A stretch of 64,000 nucleotides of DNA from Emiliania huxleyi CCMP1516. Its lineage: Eukaryota. Below, piece after piece: positions 50,212-62,555 of this stretch. The position numbers and the translations under genes were made by a program. Location of the stretch: positions 310,001 through 374,000 of the forward strand of contig NW_005202303.1 of the NCBI RefSeq assembly GCF_000372725.1. Reading direction: 5' to 3'. How positions within the stretch are numbered: the first letter of the stretch is position 1; the number at the start of each line of letters is the position of its first letter. The notes beneath the pieces are model-generated. The model was not told where the DNA came from. It did not search any database and worked only from the letters and a program-made list of their open reading frames with translations.

Positions 50212-50675
50212 TTCCTCTCCCTCACCCTCACCCTCACCCTCACCCTCTCCCTCACCCTCTCCCTCTCCCTCACCCTCACCCACGGGAGCCGCCAGCGCAG
50301 GTGGCGGAGGAGCAGCTGCGGCCTGCGGCACCGCGCATGCTGGGAGGCGCAAAGGCGGGCGGCAAGCCCGCGGCGGCGGCACCCAAGCAGAAGAAGCGCG
50401 CGGCGGCGCCGGCAGACGGCGCCTGCTGTGTCTCCTGGCTGCGGTGGCTGCGCACAGCGTCTCTTCACGCCTCCGGCTGCGAGCAGGCGGCGATTCGGAC
50501 TCGGAGGAGGCGGCGCCGAAGAAGGGGAAGAAGGGCGGCGGCGGCGCCAAGGCCCTCGCCGGCTTCGCTGGCGGCGTGGCGGTGAGGCGCCTCTTCACAC
50601 CCGCGTGTGGCTGATTAGGCCAAGCCGGCCTCGGCGGGGATGCGCTCGATCGGCTCCTTCTTTGGAAAGAAGTGA
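47203..50675 (+). CDS. POLD3: DNA polymerase delta subunit 3 (Pol32/Cdc27), multi-exon
   Basis: N-terminal [47 protein letters not shown]-terminal PIP-like [11 protein letters not shown]. Confidence 0.85.
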
Positions 50676-51119
50676 GCGGCCTAGACGCCCCTGCGCCCGC
50701 TCACAACCTTCCCCCCGCGGAGGCGGCCCAGCACAGCGCACAGCCGGAGCTCCTCCTTCAAGGGGGCGGCGTGCAGCAACGGCTTTATGCTGCAGGGTCG
50801 GGTCGTATATCGTCTCAATAGTTTGCGCTGTCCTCGGCCCTGTGTAGAGCGACCCGGCGGAGAGAAAACCTCGATAAACATATGTGTCAATGTGAAAACT
50901 ATTTATGCATGTTCATTTTCGTTTTTGTTCTCTCCACTCCTCTCACAATGGGGGTGTTTCTGTTTGGGTGATGGGTGTGTTTGCCACGGCGCGAGATCTG
51001 TGCGAGATGGCATGTTGTGCGAGTATATGGGACAAAAGCGTCGAAAATGTCCCAAAAAGCGTGTCTGGAGTTTGTTGCAGCTCCGCAGCCTGCGCGCGCT
51101 GCCGGGACGCACCGCTTGC

Positions 51120-51162
51120 TGGATACACGCACTCCCTGGGTCCCAGGGAGTGCGTGTATCCA
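51120..51162. repeat. Perfect palindrome, 21-bp arms with a 1-nt spacer
   Basis: TGGATACACGCACTCCCTGGG-T-CCCAGGGAGTGCGTGTATCCA. Confidence 0.95.
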
Positions 51163-52418
51163 ACTGGAGTGAGTAGGCTCGACGCCGTTCTCGAGATGGA
51201 GCTGCAGAAAGTACGCCGCCGAGCGTGACACCGAAGGCGTCCCGGCGGCGGTGATGGAGTGTGAGACCTGAGGCTGCGGAGGTGACGCCTGAGGTACCGG
51301 CCCGTGCACAGCGACTCAGCCGGCGACCGCCACGGGCTCAGACGAGACTTGTCGACTCGTTCCGGCTCAGCTTCACCGTGGTCATCGGGCGTCTGTCGAC
51401 GTCAGGACCACCCATACAGCTCGCGGGTTTGAGGTCGCAAGAGCCAAGATGGTGGCGTTGGGACATCCCAACCATCACACAAGACAGCCTGTAGGTGATG
51501 GCGGGACGGCGCAGTGTTTGTGGCACTCGGCAGTAGGCACCTGCGGCACGGCCCCGCTGTCGGCTCTCACGGGCTGCGGAACCGGCCCCAGAGGGAGCCG
51601 GTCCGGGCGAGTGTGGCAGCTCCTGCGCTAGTATGGGCACCCTCTATCATAGCACTACTGATCCTGGTCATTAGAGCTGCCAGGGATAGCGTCAGGAGCC
51701 GGTAGGAGTCAAAACCTCTCATATTTGAGACATCGTGTCCCATATACTCGCACAACGAGCCAGATAAGCCGCAAGGGACGAATCCGATCGCCCCCCGCCC
51801 GCGCCGCCTCGCGCGCGGCGCGCACTCTGCACGACAGCACAAGCCACACTCTATAGTGTGCTGCACACAGGCCGAGACACGCGACAGGGGGGCACTTGTG
51901 TCATTCAGTGCGGTGGTCGGACAGACGAACGAGGGAGTGTGGTGTGTGCGCTGGTCACGGTGTGTGTGTGTATGCGCGCGCGCCGCATAAGGCATACGCG
52001 GGCGGGGGGGAGAAGACGAGAAGTTTCTCCCCTCGAGACCTGCATATACGCCGACTACAAGTTTCTCCGAGACCTCGCGAGCGGGCGGGGTTATTTTCAC
52101 ACCTCGGCAGTGTGGTGTTTGGGCCGGGCAGGGCAGTGTGGGTTTCACACCCGGGGCAGGTAGGGGATCGGGCAGGGCAGTTGTGCGGCAGTGTGCGGGA
52201 GCAGGGCAGTACGGCAGGGCAGAGGGCAGGGCAGGGCAGGGCAGTGTGTATATACCGCCCCTATTATATATCTACCCCTTTTCTTGCGCGTGAGAGAGAG
52301 CTATTTTGTATTTCGCCGGACGTGCCCCGACACACCGCGGCGCGCGCAAGCGAGTCGCAAGAGACGAGGTAGAGACGGTAATGGCATCACTAAACATTAT
52401 GGTTCAGCACCACACACC

Positions 52419-53963
52419 CTACATTTGCTTCACCTCTGCAGCCACGTACGAGAAGCCGCCTCGGGCGGAGGCGCTCGGATCCGACGCCGCCCCCTTGTTG
52501 CCGCCAAAGCACACGTAGGCGAGGCCAAGACCGAGCGCAATATCCACCGTGTTGGCGAGCAGGTAGAGCTTCACGATGGCCCCGCCGCCGCTGGTGACCC
52601 CCTTGAACAGCTTGCTGCAGGAGGTGGTGATGCCGATGTTGATGAAGGCGATGCACATCCACCACGTGCTCAGGCTCGAGCAGGCGCGCGGTATGGCCAC
52701 CCCAGCGGCGGTGCCCGCGAGAGGGCTTTCCAGCAGCGTCACGATCAGCGACAGCAGCAGGAACCCCAAGACGAATTTGGGAAATTTTTGCCATAGCATG
52801 CCTAGGCCGGCGCGGGCCGGCGTCGCGGACTGGCGGCTCGCGCGCTTGGCGTCCTCCAGCGACCAAAAGATTGCGATGCCGAGGCAGATGAAGCCGAGGC
52901 CGGCGTTCAGGATCATCTTCACCACGCCGCCCACCTCGGTTGCCTCGTCGCTCACGATCGCAGCCGAGACGAGGACGTTGCCGGTCTGGTCAACCGACGC
53001 GCCAATCCACGCGCCGGCGACAGCGTCATCCATGTCCGCCCAGATTGCGAAATACGGCTGTAGGAGCTGGAAGGCTAACGTGAATAGGACGACGATGGAG
53101 ATGCAGAGCGTGAGCTCGTCGCCGGTGGCGCCGACGATGGGCTGCACCGCCGCCATGCCCGACGCGCCACACCAGGCGGCGCCAACGGAGAGTAGCATGA
53201 CCTGAGCGCGATTGTCCATCCCCAGCAGCCGTGTGCCAATGAACCAGCCCGCCATCACGGCGAGCGGAGAGCCTACCCAGCCAACGATAATGCCAGGGAG
53301 GCCGATGGACCAGATGACGCCGTAGGACTTCGCGTAAAGCACCAGCGCGATCTTGATCATAAACTCTCCGTCCTTCGCCACCGGCAGCAGCCACTTATCA
53401 GCCGCCGCGCTGAGCGACGGCGACAGCTCGGCAACATTGCCAAGGAACATGCCAATGAATATGGCGTAGATGGCGTAAGACACCCCAAAAGATGAGAGCT
53501 TCGTGTACCGCCCAAGCCAGAGGCACCCGGTGCCCAACAGGGACACCACGATGAAGCCAATGAGGTACCTAATCGGTGCCGTCTTTCCAAGCTTCCCCGT
53601 CAGGCGCAGGTAGACCCAGTAGGTCGCGCCCATCAGTGCGAGGAGCGGCCAGGTCAAGGTGGCGTTGTATTGATCCCACGAAGCAAAAGGATCCGAGGCC
53701 CAGTCCATGGGCTGAGGCAGCAAATATTTGACGCGCACCGGGTCGGCTTCAGTCTCAGGACCTGGGACCACGAGCAGAGCGAGCGGCAGAAGAGGCAAAA
53801 AGCAGAGCAGGCCGACCCAGACTGCGAGCCAATCAGCGGTGGTTAGCTCAGTCGACGCCCGGGCGAGACACCCAGGCTTCGGCGGGTCTGTGTCGGTCCT
53901 GACGGCATCTGTCTTCACCTCTGCCCCATCCTCCAGATTTGCTTCTTTGCTGGCCGTCTCCAT
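52419..53963 (-). CDS. YeiH/UPF0324 putative sulfate exporter (PSE) family transporter, intronless
   Basis: DWLAVWVG; YAIFIGMFLGN; EFMIKIALVL; WCGASGMAA; AVAGAWIGASVDQTGNV; FPKFVLGF; about 12 TM segments. Confidence 0.88.
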   Translation of the reverse strand: METASKEANLEDGAEVKTDAVRTDTDPPKPGCLARASTELTTADWLAVWVGLLCFLPLLPLALLVVPGPETEADPVRVKYLLPQPMDWASDPFASWDQYNATLTWPLLALMGATYWVYLRLTGKLGKTAPIRYLIGFIVVSLLGTGCLWLGRYTKLSSFGVSYAIYAIFIGMFLGNVAELSPSLSAAADKWLLPVAKDGEFMIKIALVLYAKSYGVIWSIGLPGIIVGWVGSPLAVMAGWFIGTRLLGMDNRAQVMLLSVGAAWCGASGMAAVQPIVGATGDELTLCISIVVLFTLAFQLLQPYFAIWADMDDAVAGAWIGASVDQTGNVLVSAAIVSDEATEVGGVVKMILNAGLGFICLGIAIFWSLEDAKRASRQSATPARAGLGMLWQKFPKFVLGFLLLSLIVTLLESPLAGTAAGVAIPRACSSLSTWWMCIAFINIGITTSCSKLFKGVTSGGGAIVKLYLLANTVDIALGLGLAYVCFGGNKGAASDPSASARGGFSYVAAEVKQM

Positions 53964-54870
53964 TGGCAGTCGCGTCGTCCAGCCTCGCGGCGTCGAGATC
54001 CAGTGCAACAACTTCGGGCGGATCCTCGATGTGCGCCCGCGATGTGCTGACCACCCGAAGGGACGCACGCGTTTTGCGCCGCCCACCGTGCGCCTGCCTG
54101 CAACCGCCACGCCGATCAGTAATCTGTATCCGGACCAGTACAGATGCTCTCCCCCAAGCACTCAACGTGGACGTCGATGCCAACCCAATGGCCCAGCGTG
54201 CATCAACGCGTCGATATCCACATCAGCACCGATGGCACGCTCGGGCTTTGCGCAACCGTGATCTCTTTGGGCGCGGCGTTTGCAGGTGCGCTGTGGTCGT
54301 CAGCCTTCTTTTTGCGGACGTGGAAAGAGGTGATGTATACTTGAGGGCACACAGCCAAAGCAGTGACTTCTCGAGGCTTGGCCGCGTGAGGCGGGCAGGG
54401 CTCGGCGATGGCACTTGCGGTTGTCACTCTCGCACATTCGCTGGCGATTTGCGCGAAAGGGTGACCTCCTGGAGATAATGAGACATGTGCGCCGGTGTGC
54501 GTAGAGCCCTCTCAAAAACCCAGCTCAACCCCTGCCACACGACAACCGCACAAGCAGCCCCGCTTCCGCCGCCGCCGTGGCCCGTGCCGCCCCCGCGCCG
54601 TGGCGCCGGAAAGCGAAATCGCTCCCCTCGGCGCTTGCTCCCCAGGCCATCCGGCGCACCCCCACCCCATCCACCAGGCCCCCAGAGCCTCTCATCGCCA
54701 GAGCCCCGCTCTGTCAGAGGCTCTCAGCCTCGTCACAACGAGGTAAGAGAAAAAAGAGACGCATAACGAAATATGTGTCGCACTTGAGAGCGCGCGAGAC
54801 TGCGTACCCCCCGCCGGCCCAGATTTTGGCTGCCGTGTACATAGACCTGTGTGTAGCTGAGATGAAGCGG

Positions 54871-55936
54871 CTAGGGTCGGCGGGAGGACAGCGGCGGCGG
54901 TGGTGGCTTTCGGGAGGACAGGCCGAGCGGCAGCGGCGGGGCACCCGGCCCGGCCGACGGCGCACCAGGCGGGGCGCCTGGCGGGGCGCCGGGCGGGGGC
55001 GGGGGCTTCCAGGTCGCGGGCGGCGGCGGCGCCCCGAGCGGCGGCGGCGGCGGCGGCGCTCCGTCCGTCTGAAGCAGGACCTGAGGGGGCGGAGGAGGTG
55101 CTGGGATGAGTCACGGGAGGTGGCGTGCGCACGTGCGGGGTGCGCGGCGGTGGGTGATGCGCAGGCAGTGCGGCGCCCGCCACCCGCGGGGAGTGTGCGG
55201 GAGAGGAGGAGGCGGGGCGAGGAGAAGTGCGGAGGGGGGGGAGAGGCGAAAAGGGGAGGAGAGAGCATCTATGCTCTCTCTCGCGTGATCTCGGCTGATC
55301 TCGGCCGACCCACCCGCGGCGTGGCAGCACCCGAGCCCGCGGAAGCGAGAGAGCCGTCCGCCACGGACAGCTGCACTCGAGCTGTCTCCCCGAGCTCTCC
55401 TGAGGCGGGGGCAGGGGGCAGGGGAAGGCGTAGAGGGAGGGAGGGTGGTTGGAGAGGGAGGGAGGGTGGCGGAGAGGGTGCGCACCGACTCCTCTCAGTG
55501 CGGCGAGGTCGATCCTCCCATCCGGGGAGCGAGCGGCGCCGCAGGAGTGGCGGGAGGGCGGCTCGGGGAGCGGCGAGAGCGCCGGCCCAGCGCGCGCGGT
55601 CAGGGGTCGCACGGCGAGCGCGAGCGAGGCGGCGTCGTGCCCGAGCTTTGCGCGGTGGTAAGCAAGCCGGCTCTCGACGAGGCGCATGGTGGCGTCGGTG
55701 GACTCGAGCTCGAGTCGCTGCGCGTCCAGGCTCGCGAGCAGGCTCGCGCCCGCCGCGCCCACGTGCTGGCCGACGGTCGACAGCGCGTCCACCAGGTACG
55801 CTTGCGTCTGCTCCACCGTTTCGGCCCGCGGCCGGCCGGGCTCGCGGTACGCAGCGGCGCACCACTCGGCGATCGCGCTCAGGTTGTCGCGGTCCGAGTG
55901 CAGCTCCGCACAGATGCCCTGCAGCTCAGTCGCCAT
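54871..55936 (-). CDS. ABI: Abl-interactor (ABI/ABIL), SCAR/WAVE complex subunit, multi-exon, Pro-rich tail
   Basis: LHSDRDNLSAIAEWCAAAY..VEQTQAYLVDALSTVGQHV..LLASLDAQ..L..H..K matches the Abi N-terminal helical region. IDLAALRGVG resembles the IDY..LD.VG motif. Poly-Pro C-terminus. Confidence 0.8.
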
Positions 55937-56372
55937 GCCAGGTGGAGGCAGGCAGGGCGGAAGGGCGATGAGAGTGCGGCGGCTGGGCTGCTTTTTCCTT
56001 TTAAAGAAAAAGTCGGTCAGGCATGACGTGAGCCGGACTTCTGGGCCGGACCACCCCCAGTCCTTTCTCTGCGTTCTCGCACATGGAGTGCGAGGTATCT
56101 CGAAAAAGATTTTAGATCTGTCACTCCGCTTTCTCCCGGCCGGGGTGGGGTGCGCGCGGGGGCGGCGGGTGTGCGGGATGTCTGTGGGCCCGAGAGCGAT
56201 ATGCCATGTCCGCCTTGCTTTTGTTTCATAACATCGGTCCGAGCGCTAAGAAAATTGAAGAAAAAAGAAAAAGCACGTGCCTCGCTCATCTCCCTCTCAC
56301 CCTCTCGACTCCCTTCCCTGCGCGGGGCTTTCTCTTTTCTCTCCCTCTCGTCGGCGCCAGCAATCCCGGGCC

Positions 56373-57363
56373 ATGGCTGCTCTCCAGAAGGAGGCCGAGG
56401 GGATGGAGCTGCACCTCTGCCCGACGTCACAGTCGGGCTACAAGGGCGTGTGGAACACGGGCAAGAAGAACCTCCGCTACGAGGCGGCCGCGGGCTCCCA
56501 CCGGCTGGGCCGGTTCGAGACGGCTGTCGACGCCGCGGTGTGCTATGCCAAGTACACTGCGTCCGGTGCGGAGGCGGCAAGCAAGTGGGTGGCAACGTGC
56601 GAGGCCCGGCGCGCCGGCGGCCGCCGCCGCCCAGCAGCGACGCCGGGCTCGCAGCGCGAGGCGGCACCGGCGGCGGGGCTGGTGACCGAGGCGGAGGGGC
56701 TGCGGCTGCACCTCGCCGCGGGCACGGCGACGGGATACGCGGGCGTATGGACCACGGGCAAGGTGGCACGCCCCTTTGAGGCGGTTGCCGGCGGCAAGCG
56801 CATCGGCCGCTTCGCGAGTGTCGTCGACGCCGCGGTGTGCAGCTACGGCGCGGTGCGCGGAGGACAGTTGGTTACTGAGTCTTCCGAGTCGTATGATTTA
56901 GGTGTGCTACGCGCGGCACTTGGAGTCGGGCCCCGCTGCGGCGCGCGAGTGGCTGGCGGCGTGCGACGCAAAGTCGGCCGAGGCGCAGCGTGCGGACTCG
57001 GACAAGAAGCGTGAGGAGGCGGTGGCGAGCTGCGCGGGCAAGGGCCTGCAGACAGAGTACAAGGGGGTGCAGCTGCACCTCGCCCCCGGCTCCAAGACGG
57101 GGTACGCGGGCGTCTGGCTCAACGGACGCGGCTCCGGCTACCGCGTCGCGCTGGAGCAGAACGGCTCACGCCGCGACCTCGGCCGCTTCAACGACGTCCT
57201 CGAGGCGGCGCTGGCATACGCGCAGTACGTGCAGGGCCGCGCCGCCGCCGCGACTGCCCCGCCCGCCGCCGCCGCCGCCCGCCCCGGCGGGAAGCGGAAG
57301 CGCGCGCAAGAGCCACCGCCCGTCGCCGCGGAGGAGCGCAGCGAAGAGGGGCAGGGAAGCTGA
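56373..57363 (+). CDS. Transcription factor with three AP2-like domains, one intron
   Basis: Three EGxxLHL...(S/T)GYxGV...LGRF...xAAxxYA repeats and a KRKR NLS. Confidence 0.85.
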
Positions 57364-57722
57364 GCGTGCAGATGCCGACATGGCGCGTGAGTGAAGCAAG
57401 CCTGAGGGGGAAGTGCAGCGCCCCCCCGGGTGTAACGTGAAATGGCGCATACTCAGGACCACAGTGTGTGATTGCTATGGCGTTGCTGGCTTGTTGGTTC
57501 CTGTATGGAGTTGGTTCTGTATTATCGTGTATGAAATCCCCCACCCAATAACACTTACACACACACTTTAAGACTTATCACTTTTTCGTGTTTGGGGGGG
57601 GACGGAGAGCGGAGCACCGTTGCGTCACTTCCTACCCCCGCGAGCGCGCGGCCCCACGCACAAAGCATCGTTTCTTCTTCGCCGTCGCGGACGGACGAGC
57701 AAGCCGCTGTTGAGCGCGATCG

Positions 57723-59266
57723 ATGGCATCAACCGACACCCTGTGGTTCGCCTTCCTCTCGGAGGAGAAGAGCGCTGTACGCCTGCGCAGCCGCGCCGAT
57801 CTGGAGGCGGCCAGTAGGAAGGTGGACGTCGTATTTTGCGGAGGCGAGTGGAAGCCGATCGAGACGGTGCTCGAGGAGGCCACGGCACCGCCGACGCCGC
57901 GTCCGGGCAGCGCGAGCGGCGTCGCCGCCACCGCCGGGACGCCGCGCAACTTCACCCAGCACGTCTCCGTCAAGTACGACCCGCTCACAGGCGGGCTGAC
58001 GGGCCTGCCAAAGGCGTGGGAGGGGCTGCTGCCCGAGGGCTGCTCGCGCGACGCAGTCTCGTACGCGGACGTGCCCGCGGAGCTGCGGCCGACGGGCGTC
58101 GCCGACCCGGGCTTGCGGCTCAAGGACGAACTCCTCGTCGGCGCGCCCTTCAACGTGCAGAAGTGGCGGCCTTCCTTTGGCCTCACCCCGTCGCGGCGTT
58201 CGAGACGGCCCCTTGCACAGGGCCCGTCTGAGCGCCTCCTCGGAGCTGATTCGTGTAGGCGTGCCGGTCGAGCTGGTGGAGACGACCCCGATGCACGGCT
58301 TCAGCATCCCGACCGTGCTGCTGACGCTGCGGACCGCGCTCGCCGAGGCTAGACACTTCCTAGACACTTCCTAGACACTTCCTAGACACTGCGCTGCACA
58401 CACGAGTCGGGGCATGCCACCAGTGCAAGTGTGAGTCGGTACCCTTCCCTGTGCGTCAGGCGGGCGGGCTGGCCGAGGAGGGCATCTTCCGGGTCGCGCC
58501 CGACGGCGCAAAGTGCGCCGAGGCGGAGCGGCAGCTCGGCGACGCTCCCCTCGCCGTGCCGGCTGCGGCGGTGCGGGAGGCGCTCCGGCCGATCGGGTTT
58601 CGTCTCCTCTGGACGGCGCAGCTTGTTCCCTCTCTCAGGCGGGGGAGGCACACGTGCTGGCCAACCTGATCAAGCGCTGGTTCCGGCAGCTGCCGATGCG
58701 GTTGTTTGACGTCGTCCCCTCGGAGAGGCGAGTGGCCTGCAGCACGGGCGCAGAGTGCCTGGCGCTGCTGCAGAGCGACGCTTTCCCGCCGCTGCAGAAG
58801 GGGATCACGCTCTGGCAGCGATGAGCCGAGATGAGCCGAGATCGTGGCAAAGGCGAGGCGCCTTCCCCGAGCCTTCTCGGAGCCCTCCTCCTGCAGGCTG
58901 CTCGAGCTGATGTCGGACGTGGTCGACAACGGCGAGGAGAACAAGATGTCGCTCGACGCGATCGCGATTGTCCTCCCGCCGTACTTGCACCGGCCGAGAT
59001 CGCGGCCGAGATCTCTTCACGCTCTGCGGTGTGAGCAGGTCCTCTCGCCCAACTTGTACACGCCGCTGGCGGAGGGGGCGGACCCATACGAGGCCCTCCA
59101 CCACGCGAAGGCGAGAGATCGCCGAGATCGAGCCGAGATCGAGCAGCGGTCGAGCCGAGATCGGACCCGCCACGAGATTGCACGAGACTGGTCCACGGTG
59201 GCGCAACGTCTTCACGTGGGCTGTGAACGGCGCCCTCTCACCACGCGGCTTGACGAGAACAGGTGA
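57723..59266 (+). CDS. CRIB/PBD + RhoGAP protein, multi-exon; 3' end uncertain
   Basis: GTPRNFTQHVSVKYDPLTGGLTGLPKAW (PBD); GGLAEEGIFRV (Arg finger); ANLIKRWFRQLP; NKMSLDAIAIV/LSPNL. Confidence 0.88.
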
Positions 59267-60086
59267 TGGCACACTTTGTCGTCGAGCTACTCTCCGCCTT
59301 CACAAGCACGCGCAAGCAGTGGGGGGAGCAACCCCCCTCGCTCTCGCACCCATCCCTAAGGCTGACTCACCCTAGGCACGCGCAACCAGTGGCGAAGCAA
59401 CAGCGACGGACTCGCGGCAAGCGAGGAGGCTGCTGAGGCTGCGTGATGACACCCTGTCACGCCCCTCTCCAACGGTTGGAGCGCCGGCCGGCCAACGCAA
59501 GCGGCGAGGCGCGGCACCCCCGCCCCCGCCTCTATATAACAGCCGCCCTCCGACCCGCCAGCTCGCGAAGGGAAGAGCGTGTGTGCCGCGGGGCCTTTCT
59601 GCGTGCTGTGGTGCTGCTTTGGACACTGTGATGCGCCCGCACTGCGGGGAGCAGTGCCGCTGCCGGGCGCGCTTTCGCGTTTCGGGAGAGATACGGAGGT
59701 GAGACGATGGGCGTTCCGTCGGCTATTTCATGTTAAGCAGATGTTGAGACTCGATCGAGCGAGAGAGGAGATCTTGTTACACACATCTCCCCCTCTCTTT
59801 TTCTGATACGATCGAACGATCGTACGAGTTACTGTGTGAGTGTGAGAGTAGCAGTCGGCTCTAGCCGGAGAGCGCGGCGAGGCTGCGCGAGCTGTGCACG
59901 AGCTGCTGTGCATACTAGAGACAGAACGCGCCAGACGACAGCGAAGATCAGAATCGTATCGCATGCCGCCCCGCACGGTCGCGCGAGGGTGGTGAGAAGT
60001 GCCGCCGACCGCCTCGCCGCCTCCCCCATCGGAAAGATCGCCGAAACGGTCGAGCAGCCACTCCGCTCTGTGCCTTGCCGCAGCAA

Positions 60087-61398
60087 TCACGCCCTGCCGC
60101 AGAGGTCGAGCCAACCGTCGAGCGCCCGCCGCACCTGCTCCATCGTAGGCCGCTCCTTTTGCTCTTGCGCCGTGCAGCTCTTGACCAGCTGCGCGAGGCA
60201 GGCGGGCCAGGCTGCGGACACGGCCTGCCGGACCGAGCGCTCGTAGCGGCAGCCCGCGACGTGGAAGGGCAGCGCGTCGAGCCAGGAGCGAAGCCGCTTC
60301 GACGGAGGCAGCGGCGAGGAGGCCTGCAGCGCCTTGCGGAGCAGCACCCCGAAAGCGAAAGTGTCGACCCCGGCGCCGTACGGCTGGCAGCGGTACACCT
60401 CGGGAGGCATGTAGCCGAAGACGCCGACGCGCAGCTCGCTCTGGTGGTCGGTGCGGGCCTCGGCGAGCGTCTCGCCGTCCCCAAAGTCGAGCGAGAGGCC
60501 AAAGTCGATTAGCCTCGCCTTGAGCAGCCCTCCGGTGGTCGGCGAGACGATGACGTTCGTCTCCTTGAGGTCGCGGTGCAAGATGCCTCTCCGGTGCAAC
60601 GCCTCGAGCGCCTCGGCGACGTCGCGCATCAGCCGGACGGCCTGCTCGAGGGGCGGTCTGCTGGGTCGCCGGTGCAGCCGCAACAAACTCTCACCCTCGA
60701 TGAACTCCATCACGACGAAGCCGCGCCACTCCCCCGCCCCGACCTATGACCACACAGTCACACTCAGCAGGGCCCAATTCACAATCCATAAGCCCCTCCC
60801 CCGCCCCGACCTCCGCCAGCCCGTGCCCCAAGTAGAGGGGCGTCTTCCTGATCACCGCGACCTCGTGCCGGAAGCAAGACACGTCCATCTCCTCGGCCGG
60901 GGCGCCGTGCCGCTCCACCTTGACGGGACGCACCGTCAGCTTGAGCGCGACCAGCCGCAAAGTCTCCTTGTTCGTCGCCCGGTGCACCACCGCAAACTGC
61001 CCAATCCCGATTATCTCGTGCAGCGAATAGTTGGCGAGGCGCGTGACGGACGAGGCGGAGAGCTCTTCAATCGTGGGCGAGGGGAGAGGCGAGGAGAGGT
61101 CGCCAGAGAGCTCGTCAATCGTGGGCGGCCGCTTTGGCGCGTCCGACACAGAGTGCCGGAACCGAACCCGCTCCCCGCGCGGCTGGCTGCACTTCCAATC
61201 CTCCCTCCACCGGTTGCGCCACCCGCCGTTCAGGAGCAGGCGGTCGTTGATGGCGCGGCCTGAGCCAGCCCGGATTGCGGCGGCGAAGGCGCTGCCGTCA
61301 TGCACCGACCAATTCAGCGCCTGCTGATCGTCCGCCGGTCGCTCTCGCGATCGAGAGACACGCGCAAACGCGGCGCCGTCGTGCACGGTGTGCTCCAT
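60087..61398 (-). CDS. Ser/Thr (TKL-like) protein kinase, at least one intron
   Basis: IGIGQFAVV; VALK; HRDLKETNV; IDFGLS; GYMPPE; DTFAFG; RPTM. Confidence 0.92.
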
Positions 61399-62555
61399 GG
61401 GGCCTGTTTCGTTTCGTAAAAAATAACGATTTTAGAGCCGATTTCACAACCCCTGGGATATGGACGCCATCCGAGAAGCGACTTCGATCGGACTTCGACT
61501 TCGCATCTCGCTTTTGCGCGCAGGCGCTCGCCGCGGCGCCCACGGCCGCCGAGCAGGACAGCTAGGCTCCGCACACGGCCCAGGAGGCTCGCGCGCCGAA
61601 ATTCGGGCTCGAGTCTGGCCATCGGACGCCGCCGCCGCCGCTCCGCGCTCAGCTAGGCTCCGCGCCGCCGCTCGCGCTCTCAGGCTCCGCAGTGCAACGC
61701 GACGACAGAGCCGCCGGCGTCCGAGATCAATCGACGCGCCAATCTCAGCGGGCGGCCCCGACGTGCTCTCGCTCCGAGCTGCTCGGTCCTCCGACAGCGC
61801 CGCCGCACCTCTGCGCTCCCGGCGAGCAGAGCCGTGGCCTCCGCCACGGCCGCGCCGGTGGTGCAGCGCTACTGTGTACGCACTCGAGTGCTGCGCCGGC
61901 GGTGGGTGTCGCGACAGCGATTGGACGCGCAGCAGCACTCCATGTGCGGCCCGGCGTGCGGTACTTGTCGCTTTCGGGGTGTGGCCTGTGAGAGCTGGTT
62001 GTGCGCGGGCGGCACGCACTCGAATCGAGGCATTAGCTTGTAGTACGTACACCAAAACATTGTGCTCCGCGAGGGGGTACGCCCATGCACATGCGCTCGC
62101 ACAGACGTAGACGCTGGGCCGCGCACGTAAGAGGAGAGAGAGACAGTGTCCAGACACATGCACAAAGCGACTCGAGTGGGGGACCGACACGTCGGCCGAA
62201 CACAGTCGGCACCGCGGCGCAAGAGAGGCGACGGAGTCAGTACGGTGATGCTCACAGGGACGACATGCGCGCCGGTCGTGCCGGGACCCCCGCGCGGCGG
62301 AGTCTCCCGGCAGAACTCAGGTTCAGTGCACGGTCGGCGGGCCCGGCGGCGGGCCCGGCGGGCCGGGCGGCGGCCGAGGCAGAGGAGGGTAGGGAGAGGC
62401 AGCGGCGCGGCGCTGCTGCTGCTGCTGCTGCTGCTGTTGGGCGGACGAGGCAGTTCGGGCCTGCAAACAGCAAGCGCACGAGGCAGTTGTGTGTGTGTGT
62501 GTGCGTGGCGAGGGGGTGGAGGGGGGGAGGGGGTGGGGCTGTGAATGCATCGCAC

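Noticed and set aside
49585..50280. CCCTCA arrays as interstitial telomere, or His/Pro-rich ORFs
   Set aside because: They differ from CCCTAA and lie inside POLD3 introns. The ORFs are repeat translations.
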